A stretch of 29,924 nucleotides of DNA from an uncultured Thiotrichales bacterium (GTDB lineage: Bacteria; Pseudomonadota; Gammaproteobacteria; CAIRSR01). The notes under the pieces were generated by a model. That model saw only the letters and a list, made by a program, of their open reading frames with translations, ran no database searches and was not told where the DNA came from. How positions within the stretch are numbered: the stretch's first letter is position 1; each line of letters opens with the position of its first letter. Below are positions 16,849-26,287 of this stretch, piece after piece. The stretch covers positions 1 through 29,924 of the forward strand of contig CAWUNB010000001.1 in the NCBI GenBank assembly GCA_963923745.1. Reading direction: 5' to 3'. The translations under genes were made by a program, and so were the position numbers.

Positions 16849-18201
16849 TTAGGCCAGCCGGTAACATCGGCTGTAACCGGCACGGTGGTGATAAAAAGTG
16901 ACTTGAACAGTGCCTTCTTCGTCCCCCTGGTAGACTTCTTCCACCCAGCTATCTTCGAGGGAGGAAACCCGGGTAACGGGAATAGACTGAAGGTTCTGCT
17001 CAGTTGCTAACGCGGGATCCAAAGGGAAACGCAGATCCCCCCGGAGAGTGACTATTCCAGCGGGAATACCCCCCTCACTTAAGTGGCTACAGACCAGGTA
17101 ACGGTAGTGCCCCAGGTTATGGGCGGGTTGATAGGTCCGTGTTGCCAGTACTGCCCCGGGAGACGCAGGTCCGGTTAAGGTAAACAACGGATCGAAAGTC
17201 GTCCCCTGGCCGGCATTCTCTTCCCGCCATATCCCAAACCAACCTAATGGAGACGGTAGTTGACGCCCTCTAGCCAGCCCTAGCGCGACAGTACCAGCGG
17301 GTTGATCAGCTTTCTGGAACCGCCGTCCCAGATGGTTGCGCAACAGGCGAGATACCAGCGGGAATTCGCTTCCTTCCCCCGTGAGGTAAACGGACCCGTT
17401 GGAGGCTAGACCATCTACTACAGCCAATGTTTGTTCCACTAAGGGGGTACAACGCTGGTAATAGGCAGAAGCTTCTAGAGAAACGTCCCCTGCACCCTTA
17501 CGCACAGAATCAACTTCCACTGTGATTTTCCGCGTATTGGGATGCAGTTGCTCCCTTTTTTGTCGGCAAAGGGCCAGCAGGGCAGAGCGCTCTACCTCGG
17601 TGAAATCCGCTAATTTGGGGAGCTGTTCTAACACCAGATCTGACAGGATTCGGTCAAAGTCATTAGCCCCGATGGGAAGATGGGCTTGGGCTGTTATCTG
17701 ATCACCTAACGAGTCTTCGCCGGTGGTTAAACGGGAACACACAAAAGCCTGATCGCTTAAATGGTAATTCAACCAGTCTTCTTGAAGCTTGCTGGCTCCT
17801 TTGCTAGCAAGATTGCCACGGTATTCCTGGCTGATAGCCAACGGTTGATCCATTAGCCCCAGCACTTGGAAACCTGCCCGTCCTACAGCCTCCAGAATGG
17901 CAAAACGCTGGTTACCCCCTGCCAGTGGCGAAATAGCTAGCCATACCGCCAAAGGCTCATCCCGTCGGAGAGTTAGGGTAGAGTGCTTACGGAGGTCAGA
18001 GTAAAGCTGGGTAAAGTAGCTAGTTAGTTCTGCCAACCAGGCCAATTGGTCACTATCTTGAAGTTTCTCAGTAGCCAGTTCCTGGGAATACCAGGACACA
18101 ACTTTTCCGCCAGGCCGACGAAAACCCACAACGGAGTAGCCTTTCTTCTCGGCAACGGCAACAACCGTACGTGTTAACCCAAAATCAACGCCCAGCAACA
18201 T
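16849..18201 (-). CDS. Atypical Hsp70/actin-fold protein with degenerate nucleotide-binding motifs
   Basis: GVDFGLTRT, LMDQP, IGANDFD, YLTGEGSEFPLV map onto Hsp70 ATPase motifs. The C-terminus (YQPAHNLGHYRYLVC) is not a DnaK substrate-binding domain. Confidence 0.75.
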   Translation of the reverse strand: MLLGVDFGLTRTVVAVAEKKGYSVVGFRRPGGKVVSWYSQELATEKLQDSDQLAWLAELTSYFTQLYSDLRKHSTLTLRRDEPLAVWLAISPLAGGNQRFAILEAVGRAGFQVLGLMDQPLAISQEYRGNLASKGASKLQEDWLNYHLSDQAFVCSRLTTGEDSLGDQITAQAHLPIGANDFDRILSDLVLEQLPKLADFTEVERSALLALCRQKREQLHPNTRKITVEVDSVRKGAGDVSLEASAYYQRCTPLVEQTLAVVDGLASNGSVYLTGEGSEFPLVSRLLRNHLGRRFQKADQPAGTVALGLARGRQLPSPLGWFGIWREENAGQGTTFDPLFTLTGPASPGAVLATRTYQPAHNLGHYRYLVCSHLSEGGIPAGIVTLRGDLRFPLDPALATEQNLQSIPVTRVSSLEDSWVEEVYQGDEEGTVQVTFYHHRAGYSRCYRLA

Positions 18202-18212
18202 GATCTCGTTCC

Positions 18213-19400
18213 TCAGGAATTAACAATCACCAATTGCCCTGCCACCACAGCTAGTCGAGCCCGTCCTTCCAGAACCGCTAGCACTTGTTCTCCTGCCAAT
18301 GCCCGTCGCCATCCCCGGAGCAAAGGCAAATCCCGCTCCCCTAATACTACGGCTTCCAGGTCGCGGCGACTGGCAAGACTGGCCAAAGTAACTCGTTGGG
18401 TTAAGGCTTGAAGACGAACGACTGCCAACAGATAGTCCACTAGCGCTTCTTGCTCCCCAGATAGCGCTTCCCGTGGTTTGCCGGAGGAAGGCGGGGTTGC
18501 TTCCCCTTGCCTGGTGTGGATGACTTCCAACAGGGCAGGACCATAACGGTGCGCTGTTGTGGCATCCATGCCCCGTAATTGAGCGAGAGACGCCAGCTCT
18601 ACCGGTGCCAACCTGGCCAAATCCACTAAGGCTTCGTCGTTGATAACCCAGCGACGTGGCCGATCTTCAAGTCGGGCTTTTTGTTCTCGCCAAGCCGCTA
18701 ACTGGCGTAATCGCTCTAGTGCTTTTCCTGATACTCCTTGGCTTCCCCGTACCCGAGTCCAAGCCTGCTGAGGATCAGCTGCGTAGGTTTCTGGATTACC
18801 CAGAGCCGCCAAGTCCGTTGCCAGCCAGGCCAGCCGCCCATCTTGCTCTAATTGCCGACGCAGATGCTGGTAAAGGGGCACCAAGTAACGTACGTCATCT
18901 GCGGCATAGGCCAATTGCCCCGGACTTAAAGGCCGTGCTGTCCAGTCAGTGCGAGTGTGGGCTTTCTCCAAGACAACGCCACAACGCGCTTCCACCAAAG
19001 CGGCATAGCCTATCTGGTCTCCATGTCCCAGCAGGGTAGCTGCGAGCTGAGTATCGAATAAGGGCTGGGGAAGTCGCCCTGTTAGCTCATAGAAGATCTC
19101 AAGATCCTGGCGGCCTGCATGGAATACTTTAGTAACACTGGTTTTGTCCATAACGGCTATCAGCGGCGAGAGATCGGTTAAAGCCAGGGGATCAATCAAC
19201 GCCAATACGGACTGAGTTGCGACTTGGATGAGACAAAGCCGAGGAAAATAGGTCTTTTCTCGAACAAATTCAGTATCTAAGGCGATAAAGGAACAGCGCT
19301 TCAACCGGTGGCATAACCGCTCTAATCCCTGGGGAGTATCTATGTACTCTGCTGCTTCCGGTAAGCGGCTGGGACAGCGTTGTTTTGCGCTGGCGGCCAC
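18213..19400 (-). CDS. rnd: Ribonuclease D
   Basis: ALDTEFVREKTYFPRLCLIQ, KVFHAGRQDLE, LFDTQLAA, YAADDVRYL, and an HRDC domain (LAAWREQKARLEDRPRRWV). Confidence 0.95.
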   Translation of the reverse strand: MAASAKQRCPSRLPEAAEYIDTPQGLERLCHRLKRCSFIALDTEFVREKTYFPRLCLIQVATQSVLALIDPLALTDLSPLIAVMDKTSVTKVFHAGRQDLEIFYELTGRLPQPLFDTQLAATLLGHGDQIGYAALVEARCGVVLEKAHTRTDWTARPLSPGQLAYAADDVRYLVPLYQHLRRQLEQDGRLAWLATDLAALGNPETYAADPQQAWTRVRGSQGVSGKALERLRQLAAWREQKARLEDRPRRWVINDEALVDLARLAPVELASLAQLRGMDATTAHRYGPALLEVIHTRQGEATPPSSGKPREALSGEQEALVDYLLAVVRLQALTQRVTLASLASRRDLEAVVLGERDLPLLRGWRRALAGEQVLAVLEGRARLAVVAGQLVIVNS

Positions 19401-20299
19401 TAAGGCGCTGCTCCGCTTGCCAATTGAGTAAGAAATGCCACGCTGGCTTCTGCTACTTCGTCCCCATAGAGGTCACGGAAGAAATGATCGGCACCAATAA
19501 TCACCACCAATCGAGCATTATGATCGGTAAGGTTGGCCACTTTGGCGGGAATATCGGGGATGGTGGTATCCAATTCCCCAGCAATGACCAGCGTAGGAAC
19601 GGTGATGCGGCTCAATAGATGAGCGGTATCAAAACGGGGCTCATCTCCGTAGTAACTCAGCACACTACCGGCTTGAACGGTGGTGGAAGCGCAGTACAGA
19701 AATTCCACGTTAGATAGTAAGGTAGTAGGTTCTACTCCCCGCGCTTGGGTGAGTAACGCCGCGAGGGGTTTATGGAAGCGGGTTTGATAGGCTGCTGCCT
19801 GAGTATCGGGCTCCCAAATCATGGGGGACAGTAGGATCACAGCTTTTACCGAAGGATCCAGTCGCTCCGCAGCGAACCAAGCAGTCTGGTTACCCCCGCG
19901 AGAATGTCCTAACAACACTACTGAATTAACGCCCTGTTTTTTCAACCAATCAACCCAAGCCCCTATTTCTGTTATAGCGTCTTGATGGCGGTGAGTATGG
20001 GGCACAGTACAATCGTAGGGACCGTGGCGATTGTCTACTCCTAAACTGAGATTAATAGCCAACGTATTCTGTCCTTGGCTGGCAAACGATCCCTGAAGGC
20101 TGGCAATCAACTCCATGGTGTTATGGGCCAAAGTTCCATGGGTGATAAGAATCACCCCTTGTTGCAAGGTCTTGCCAGGAGCCAGTTGTAAATTGGCATT
20201 TAGGGTGAGATCACCGTGGTGTAAAGTAACTTCTTGGGCAACCACGGGTACTCCTAAAAAAAGGGATAACGTCACCAACCAAGATAACCATCTATTCAT
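19400..20299 (-). CDS. Exported alpha/beta hydrolase
   Basis: Signal peptide, HGTLAHN, nucleophile elbow GHSRGG, IAGELD, GADHFF (Ser-Asp-His triad); TAGTG overlap with rnd. Confidence 0.85.
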   Translation of the reverse strand: MNRWLSWLVTLSLFLGVPVVAQEVTLHHGDLTLNANLQLAPGKTLQQGVILITHGTLAHNTMELIASLQGSFASQGQNTLAINLSLGVDNRHGPYDCTVPHTHRHQDAITEIGAWVDWLKKQGVNSVVLLGHSRGGNQTAWFAAERLDPSVKAVILLSPMIWEPDTQAAAYQTRFHKPLAALLTQARGVEPTTLLSNVEFLYCASTTVQAGSVLSYYGDEPRFDTAHLLSRITVPTLVIAGELDTTIPDIPAKVANLTDHNARLVVIIGADHFFRDLYGDEVAEASVAFLTQLASGAAP

Positions 20300-20317
20300 T
20301 TAAGTCTCTCGACGAGG

Positions 20318-20579
20318 CTACACCCGAAGCCGACAACCACACTCCAATTCAATAACTACTGGCAATATTTGGCGAGTGGTGTGATTTTTACGAACATGCA
20401 AAACCAAAAACGTAAGGGGATCAAAGACGATAACATCTTTGACTCCCTGGGACAAATAAAAGGGCGACCCTATTTCCAAATCTTTAGCCTCATAGCCCTT
20501 GCTGACAACTTCAACTACTGCTTCTGGAATAGCGAATACCGAGTTCGCTGGCTTGCAATAAAGTGGAGGGTAAGCTCAT
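20318..20579 (-). pseudogene. Uma2 (DUF820) family endonuclease with an internal frameshifting deletion
   Basis: ATG 20579 gives MSLPSTLLQASELGIR. After one extra base at 20531 a second frame reads IPEAVVEVVSKGYEAKDLEIGSPFYLSQGVKDVIVFDP...LHVR...IELECGCRLRV to TAG 20318-20320. Both ends match a Uma2 subfamily as recalled, and the PD-containing middle is missing. The length of 262 nt is not a multiple of 3. Confidence 0.72.
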
Positions 20580-20615
20580 GGACACCGCCAATTGTCAGAC
20601 ATAACAGCAATTTCA

Positions 20616-22874
20616 CTATCGCCCCGGTGGCTGAAAGTGACGGAGACGATTAGCGTTACTAACCACCGTTACTGAAGAAGCCGCCATGGCCGCGCCCGCA
20701 ATCATGGGATTGAGCAGCAGACCCCATAGGGGATAGAGTGCTCCTGCCGCGATAGGAATTCCCAGGCTGTTATAGACAAACGCCCCAAACAGATTTTGCC
20801 GGATGTTACCCACCGTGGCTCGGGACAGGTGAATGGCATCGGCTACACCATGAAGTGACCCACCCATCAGGGTGACGTCTGCACTTTCAATAGCTATATC
20901 ACTCCCCGTGCCAATAGCAATGCCCAAATCTGCCCGGGCTAGGGCGGGGGCATCATTAATGCCATCTCCCACCATGGCAACTATTTCCCCTTGTCGTTGT
21001 AGCTCAGCGATTTCTGCCGCTTTGGCCGCTGGCAATACCTCCGCCCGCACCGTTTCTATCCCCACCGCTGCTGCTACTGCTTGGGCAGTTCCCTGTTGAT
21101 CACCACTGATCATGATTACCCGTAGCCCCAATTCTCGTAACCGCTGTACTGCTCTTAGAGAGTCGGTTTTTACCGGATCTGCCACCGCCACCAACCCTAT
21201 CAATTGGCCCGCCACAGCAAGAAATATCGGAGTTTGCCCGGTTTTAGCTAACTCAGTGGCTAACTCTGTCAGCGAAGCTACAGCAATACCCTGTTCGGTC
21301 AACCAGCGAGCATTGCCCAATAACACGGCTTGGGGCAAAGGGGATAAACCAGCGCTGGCTAACCCAATCTGTCCGGCAACACCTTGCCCTGGCCAAGCAG
21401 TAAAAGCGGTCACTGGACCAAGGGGACGTTTTACTGCTACGGGTTTAGCTGCTGCAGTGATGGCCTGAGCTAAGGGATGCTCAGAACCTGCCTCCAGACT
21501 TGCGGCTAACCATAATATGGTTTCCCTGTCCCAACCTGGTAATGCTTCCACTGTAGTGACAGTGGGTCGACCAGCGGTAATGGTTCCGGTTTTATCTAAC
21601 ACAACCGTAGTTAACCGCCCAGCTTGCTGCAAGGCTTCTCCGTTGCGAATAAGGATGCCTAATTCAGCCGCCTTCCCTACTCCCACCATGATGGAAATGG
21701 GCGTGGCTAAACCTAAAGCGCAGGGGCAAGCAATAACTAGTACCGTCATAGCCGTCACCAGGCTGTAGCCTAATCGAGGCTCCGGTCCCCAGGTAAACCA
21801 AACACCAAAAGTTACTATTGCTAGCAGTAGCACTATTGGAACAAATACCGCTGCTATTCCATCAGCTAATCGGCCAATGGCTGGTTTGGACTGTTGGGCT
21901 TGGCGCACCAATTGAATAATATGGGCCAATACCGTATCCCGACCGATGCGTCGAGCCTGCATTAGAAAAGTACCGGATTGATTAACGGTTCCCCCAGTCA
22001 CTTCGCTACCTTGGCGTTTTTCCAGCGGCAGTGGTTCCCCCGATAGCATGGATTCATCTACGGTGGAATAACCTTCCAACACCACGCCGTCCACTGGAAT
22101 ACGCTCTCCCGGACGAACTCGCAACGTTTCCTCCAACCCGACCTCATCAATGGGGATATCTAACTCTTGACCATAGCGCACTACCCGAGCGGTACGGGGT
22201 TGTAAACCGATTAAGCGACGAATAGCCGATGAAGTACGGCTCCGCGCTCGGCTTTCTAGCCAGCTACCAAAATTAATCAGGGTAATGATGACAGCTGAGG
22301 CCTCGAAGTAGGCATGACGAGCTAGAGTAGGCACTTGCTCAGGAAACAACACCACCGCCATGGAATAAAGCCAAGCAGAGCCAGTTCCTAAAGCAACTAA
22401 CGTGTCCATGTTGGCATTGCGATGTACCAGGGATCGCCAAGCACCTCGGAAAAAATGCCCTCCTGGTCCTATCAACACACCCAGGGTCGCTAGTCCTGCT
22501 AAGGGCCAAAACCATTGGCCGGTAGTACTCTCCAGGGAGGGTAGCCAGCCGGTCATCCCTAACAGAAACAGCGGAGCGGCGACTAGCGCTCCCCAGCCAG
22601 TACGGCGCAGTAACTCCTGGCTCTGACGCTGCTCTTGGGCCGTTTTTTCTGTCTCATCATCGATGCCCCGTAACTCTGCTCCATCGTAACCGGCTGTGCG
22701 GATAGCCGCGATTAAGGTTTGTGGGGAAACGTCTCCCTGTACTAGAGCTGTCCGTTCGGCAAAATTAACAGCGACTTGTTGTACCCCGGGAACAGCTTGG
22801 AGGGCATCCTCGACGGCAGCTACGCAGCCAGCGCAACTAATACCAGAAATGGAAAGGCGGATAGGTTCGGACAT
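20616..22874 (-). CDS. copA: Copper-translocating P1B-type ATPase
   Basis: N-terminal HMA GISCAGC, TGE-like [36 protein letters not shown], and YN plus MAASS Cu(I) ligands. Confidence 0.92.
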   Translation of the reverse strand: MSEPIRLSISGISCAGCVAAVEDALQAVPGVQQVAVNFAERTALVQGDVSPQTLIAAIRTAGYDGAELRGIDDETEKTAQEQRQSQELLRRTGWGALVAAPLFLLGMTGWLPSLESTTGQWFWPLAGLATLGVLIGPGGHFFRGAWRSLVHRNANMDTLVALGTGSAWLYSMAVVLFPEQVPTLARHAYFEASAVIITLINFGSWLESRARSRTSSAIRRLIGLQPRTARVVRYGQELDIPIDEVGLEETLRVRPGERIPVDGVVLEGYSTVDESMLSGEPLPLEKRQGSEVTGGTVNQSGTFLMQARRIGRDTVLAHIIQLVRQAQQSKPAIGRLADGIAAVFVPIVLLLAIVTFGVWFTWGPEPRLGYSLVTAMTVLVIACPCALGLATPISIMVGVGKAAELGILIRNGEALQQAGRLTTVVLDKTGTITAGRPTVTTVEALPGWDRETILWLAASLEAGSEHPLAQAITAAAKPVAVKRPLGPVTAFTAWPGQGVAGQIGLASAGLSPLPQAVLLGNARWLTEQGIAVASLTELATELAKTGQTPIFLAVAGQLIGLVAVADPVKTDSLRAVQRLRELGLRVIMISGDQQGTAQAVAAAVGIETVRAEVLPAAKAAEIAELQRQGEIVAMVGDGINDAPALARADLGIAIGTGSDIAIESADVTLMGGSLHGVADAIHLSRATVGNIRQNLFGAFVYNSLGIPIAAGALYPLWGLLLNPMIAGAAMAASSVTVVSNANRLRHFQPPGR

Positions 22875-22964
22875 GAATTATGTTCATCAAGTTGGCCAAG
22901 TTGCAGATTATCTCAGGTAGTGATTTAGTTTACTCTTCCACGCAAGCCGGACTCGGGAAACGCC

Positions 22965-23855
22965 ATGCCTTCTATTCATCCAGCCCTCGATCAAGTCCAG
23001 CAACGACTACAAAGGGTTGAGGCCGCTCTGGAACGCTGGCTTCCCGCTGCCGTTCCTACAACCTTGCACCAAGCCATGAGCTACGCTGTACTGGGAGGAG
23101 GAAAGCGTATTCGTCCCCTGCTGGTCTATGGCGCTGGCCAAGTCCTGGGAGTCGATCCGGCCATTCTGGATGATCCCGCTTGCAGTGTGGAATTAATCCA
23201 CGCTTATTCTCTGGTCCATGACGATCTACCGGTTATGGATAACGACGATCTGCGGCGAGGAAAACCCACCTGTCACAAAGCCTACGGTGAAGCCACTGCA
23301 CTACTGGCTGGAGATGCCCTACAGGCGCTGGCTTTCCAAGTACTAGCTCAGGCTCAGGGGCTGACCCCAGAGGCACGGGTAGCTATGGTGCAAGCCCTGG
23401 CTGAAGCTTCCGGTTCTCAGGGGATGGTGGGGGGGCAAGCGATTGATCTAGCAGCAGAAGGACAACAACTATCCCTTTCTGATTTGGAACAAATGCATCT
23501 CCGTAAAACGGGAGCCCTCATTCGGGCTAGTGTATTGCTTGGAGTCTATGCCGCTCCCCAGGCGTCCACTGCAGCACGGGAGCAATTGGATCAATACGCT
23601 CAGTGCATCGGTTTGGCTTTTCAGATTCAAGACGATGTATTGGACGTAGAAGGAACAACTGAGGTAATTGGCAAGCGTCAGGGAGCGGACGTCGCCCACC
23701 AAAAATCCACCTACCCGGCGTTGATGGGGCTGATTGCAGCTAAAAAAAGAGCGGAGGCACTGTATCAAGATGCCCTTGCCAGTCTAGCCAATTTCGATAA
23801 TCGAGCAGATTTACTTCGCTGGTTGGCACAATTTATTATCCAACGGGAGTGTTAA
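22965..23855 (+). CDS. ispA: Farnesyl diphosphate synthase (geranyltranstransferase)
   Basis: GGKRIRP, ELIHAYSLVHDDLP..DNDDLRRGKPTCH, GMVGGQ, KTGALI, FQIQDDVLD, KSTYP. Confidence 0.93.
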   Translation: MPSIHPALDQVQQRLQRVEAALERWLPAAVPTTLHQAMSYAVLGGGKRIRPLLVYGAGQVLGVDPAILDDPACSVELIHAYSLVHDDLPVMDNDDLRRGKPTCHKAYGEATALLAGDALQALAFQVLAQAQGLTPEARVAMVQALAEASGSQGMVGGQAIDLAAEGQQLSLSDLEQMHLRKTGALIRASVLLGVYAAPQASTAAREQLDQYAQCIGLAFQIQDDVLDVEGTTEVIGKRQGADVAHQKSTYPALMGLIAAKKRAEALYQDALASLANFDNRADLLRWLAQFIIQREC

Positions 23856-23884
23856 TTAATTTTCACTCACTGGATATTAAGAGT

Positions 23885-24712
23885 TTAGTGCCAGACTACA
23901 ACTTGATTACGACCAAGATATTTTGCGTCGTAGAGTGCTGTATCTGCATGGGCGAGTAGTACTTCATATTTAGTTTCAAACTCACTGGTCGTCACACCAA
24001 TACTTACAGTAACTTTCAAAATCGTATCACCTTCCGTGACGATTGTATCTGCGATGATTAAACGTAGCCGCTCAGCTACAGCTGCCGCATTTTCACTATT
24101 TGTGTCGGGTAAAATAACTACAAATTCTTCTCCTCCCCACCGACCAACCAGATCAATTGATCGTGTATTACGGCATACTTCACCAATAGCGGATAGGATA
24201 GAATCACCAGCCGCATGTCCCCATGTGTCATTAATTTTTTTGAAATAATCTATATCGAACATTAATAAAGAGAGGGGATGGTGATTACGATTACTTCGAT
24301 CAGTTTCTAATTTTAGTCGCTGAATTATTGCACGGCGATTGGCAAGACCGGTTAATATATCAGTATTTGCAATACGTTGAAGTTGTTCTTGTTGATGCTT
24401 AAGCGCAATAAACAGCTTACGTATTCCCAACATGCCGAGCAGTATCAACAAGGAGATCAATAAGCTAAATAAGGCATCAATAGACACATTGAATGTGGCT
24501 GGTTTGGCTTCTTGTAAAAACGTCCACAAAGGTAGCAAACGTCGGCTGACCATCAAAGTCAAAGCCATGGAGATAAAAACCCAAGCTAAACGGAAACGTC
24601 CGGTCTCTCGTATTAGCTTCAGCGCAATCACTGCAGCCGATAGTTGCAATATAGATGCAAGTATCAGTGTAATTGCAGTTACCTCGGTTTTCATGTGTCT
24701 TTTGGTATACAC
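23885..24712 (-). CDS. Membrane-anchored diguanylate cyclase
   Basis: Three N-terminal TMs, DILTGLANRR, DIDYFKKINDTWGHAAGD, I-site RSID, active site RWGGEEF; alternative start ATG 24694. Confidence 0.93.
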   Translation of the reverse strand: MYTKRHMKTEVTAITLILASILQLSAAVIALKLIRETGRFRLAWVFISMALTLMVSRRLLPLWTFLQEAKPATFNVSIDALFSLLISLLILLGMLGIRKLFIALKHQQEQLQRIANTDILTGLANRRAIIQRLKLETDRSNRNHHPLSLLMFDIDYFKKINDTWGHAAGDSILSAIGEVCRNTRSIDLVGRWGGEEFVVILPDTNSENAAAVAERLRLIIADTIVTEGDTILKVTVSIGVTTSEFETKYEVLLAHADTALYDAKYLGRNQVVVWH

Positions 24713-24733
24713 TCAAGGCAGTTATAGCTCGGT

Positions 24734-24774
24734 ATTATAAAGAAAAAATCGTATAAGAATTTGACATTTGTCAA
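24734..24774 (-). promoter_or_regulatory. FNR/CRP-family-like box with a perfect -10, candidate class II promoter of the diguanylate cyclase
   Basis: TTGAC-ATTT-GTCAA at 24761-24774 (flanks extend the dyad to 16 bp) and TATAAT on the minus strand at 24739-24734. The box centre is about 40-41 bp from the expected start site. Confidence 0.6.
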
Positions 24775-24778
24775 AAAG

Positions 24779-26287
24779 TCAGTCCGGTAATTGGGGATAG
24801 GGAGGCTTGAGAGTAGGCAAGAATTGGCATTCTTCCACGTCCTGGTGATTACCTAGCCAACTCTGGCGGACACGGTAGGGAGGTAAATCGGGATGAAAGT
24901 AGTGACTATAAAGAAATACATAAGGATCTCGATCAAATACGCATAGCGTCACTCCTGGTTCCCGTACTAGTTCTTTGACTTGATGGTGAATACCCAGTTC
25001 GTGGATTACTTCTTGAGGACCTCGATAATGAGGCAAAATATAACTAGCATCACTTACTGCAATTACAAATAACAAAGCAGCTGTAGCCATTAACGGATAA
25101 ATATGGCGTTCTCGGGTTAGTCCATCACCTTTAGCCAACAAAATTAAATTACTGGCTACCAACATCAACATCCAGTATAGGTAATAACGCAATTCATGGG
25201 AGGCAGGCAAAAAGGCAGTAAATACACTTCCTACTGCTAAATGAGCAGCTAATAGTCTAGCTTCTCGACGAGGAGCGTAGCGATAGAGATGAAAAAAGAA
25301 AAATAAATTAACTAATACCCAGAAACCACCATAACCTCCCATGCGAAAAGAAGGAGCTTCTGCTGGAGAACCTCCTTGATCTGCATTCCATGGTTGTCGT
25401 CGTCCGGTATAAGCATTTCGTTCTACCACGGAATACAACCATTTGATGACCTGGGGTTGTCCATTCAAGTAATGGGGATCATCCCGTTCTATTTTGAATT
25501 GCCCTGGCAGATTAAGTCCAGCAATAGAAATCTTGACTGGATAAAAAGGATTGTGAAAAGTAACTAGATTACGCAGCGGATTCGCAAATATCATCAATAC
25601 AATAATAAGCCCCAATCCCCGTTTCCACCAGCAATTTAAAATCTGAGGAATAATAGGATTAACGCTTTTCACGTACCAAGCCGTTCCGGCAAAAGCTAAC
25701 AATAATAATCCCGCTATCGGTAAATATTGAAGTTTATCGTGGGCAACTAAGAATACACATAATAAAAATAACCCCAAGCGTCCCCAAGTAAAGCGATCAG
25801 GGAAAGCATGAAGCTCGACAATAGTGAGCCAAGCCACGGTAACAGCAACACACCCTAATAAATCGACATAGGCGAGGGAGGTGTGGACTTGTACCAAAGG
25901 GATAGCTAGGAAAGCGACGGTGGCCAGCGCCACCGACACTCGCCAATAACGCCGCAAATAAACAAAAAATAGTACTAAAGATACCCAGCTCACTATATTG
26001 ACAGCTTGGGGACGGCCTCCTATCCACCAAAATAATCCCTGCAACCAATCGCCGGCCACCGGAAAGCTATCAAAAAAAGCCCGATACCAAGCAGTAAGTT
26101 GATAATCATCAGCGGCGATAATACCCAGTCGTAATCCAGCAAAAGGTAGGTGATAAGCCAACCCATCCCACATCACGTCTAGATCTGTCCAGGCCTTAAT
26201 TAGCAATAATCCCAGTAAGGAATAAGCCAACAGAGAAACAATAACTGAAGATGGATCCAGCTTAGTCGGGGATAAAAAGAGTTTCAT
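24779..26287 (-). CDS. Polytopic membrane protein, probable GT-C-fold glycosyltransferase-like
   Basis: About 12 hydrophobic segments, WDGLAYHLP in the first external loop (position of the GT-C catalytic acidic residue), YVDLL, HDKLQ, HELRYY. The function is inferred. Confidence 0.6.
   Translation of the reverse strand: MKLFLSPTKLDPSSVIVSLLAYSLLGLLLIKAWTDLDVMWDGLAYHLPFAGLRLGIIAADDYQLTAWYRAFFDSFPVAGDWLQGLFWWIGGRPQAVNIVSWVSLVLFFVYLRRYWRVSVALATVAFLAIPLVQVHTSLAYVDLLGCVAVTVAWLTIVELHAFPDRFTWGRLGLFLLCVFLVAHDKLQYLPIAGLLLLAFAGTAWYVKSVNPIIPQILNCWWKRGLGLIIVLMIFANPLRNLVTFHNPFYPVKISIAGLNLPGQFKIERDDPHYLNGQPQVIKWLYSVVERNAYTGRRQPWNADQGGSPAEAPSFRMGGYGGFWVLVNLFFFFHLYRYAPRREARLLAAHLAVGSVFTAFLPASHELRYYLYWMLMLVASNLILLAKGDGLTRERHIYPLMATAALLFVIAVSDASYILPHYRGPQEVIHELGIHHQVKELVREPGVTLCVFDRDPYVFLYSHYFHPDLPPYRVRQSWLGNHQDVEECQFLPTLKPPYPQLPD

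Noticed and set aside
20369-20653. 94 aa plus-strand ORF in the track
   Set aside because: No recognisable motif; it is the antisense shadow of the Uma2 remnant and the copA 3' end.
22875-22964. Search for a CueR-type operator upstream of copA; CAAGTTG direct repeat at 22888-22903
   Set aside because: No ACCTTCC-N7-GGAAGGT-like dyad; the 7 bp repeat alone is too weak to call.
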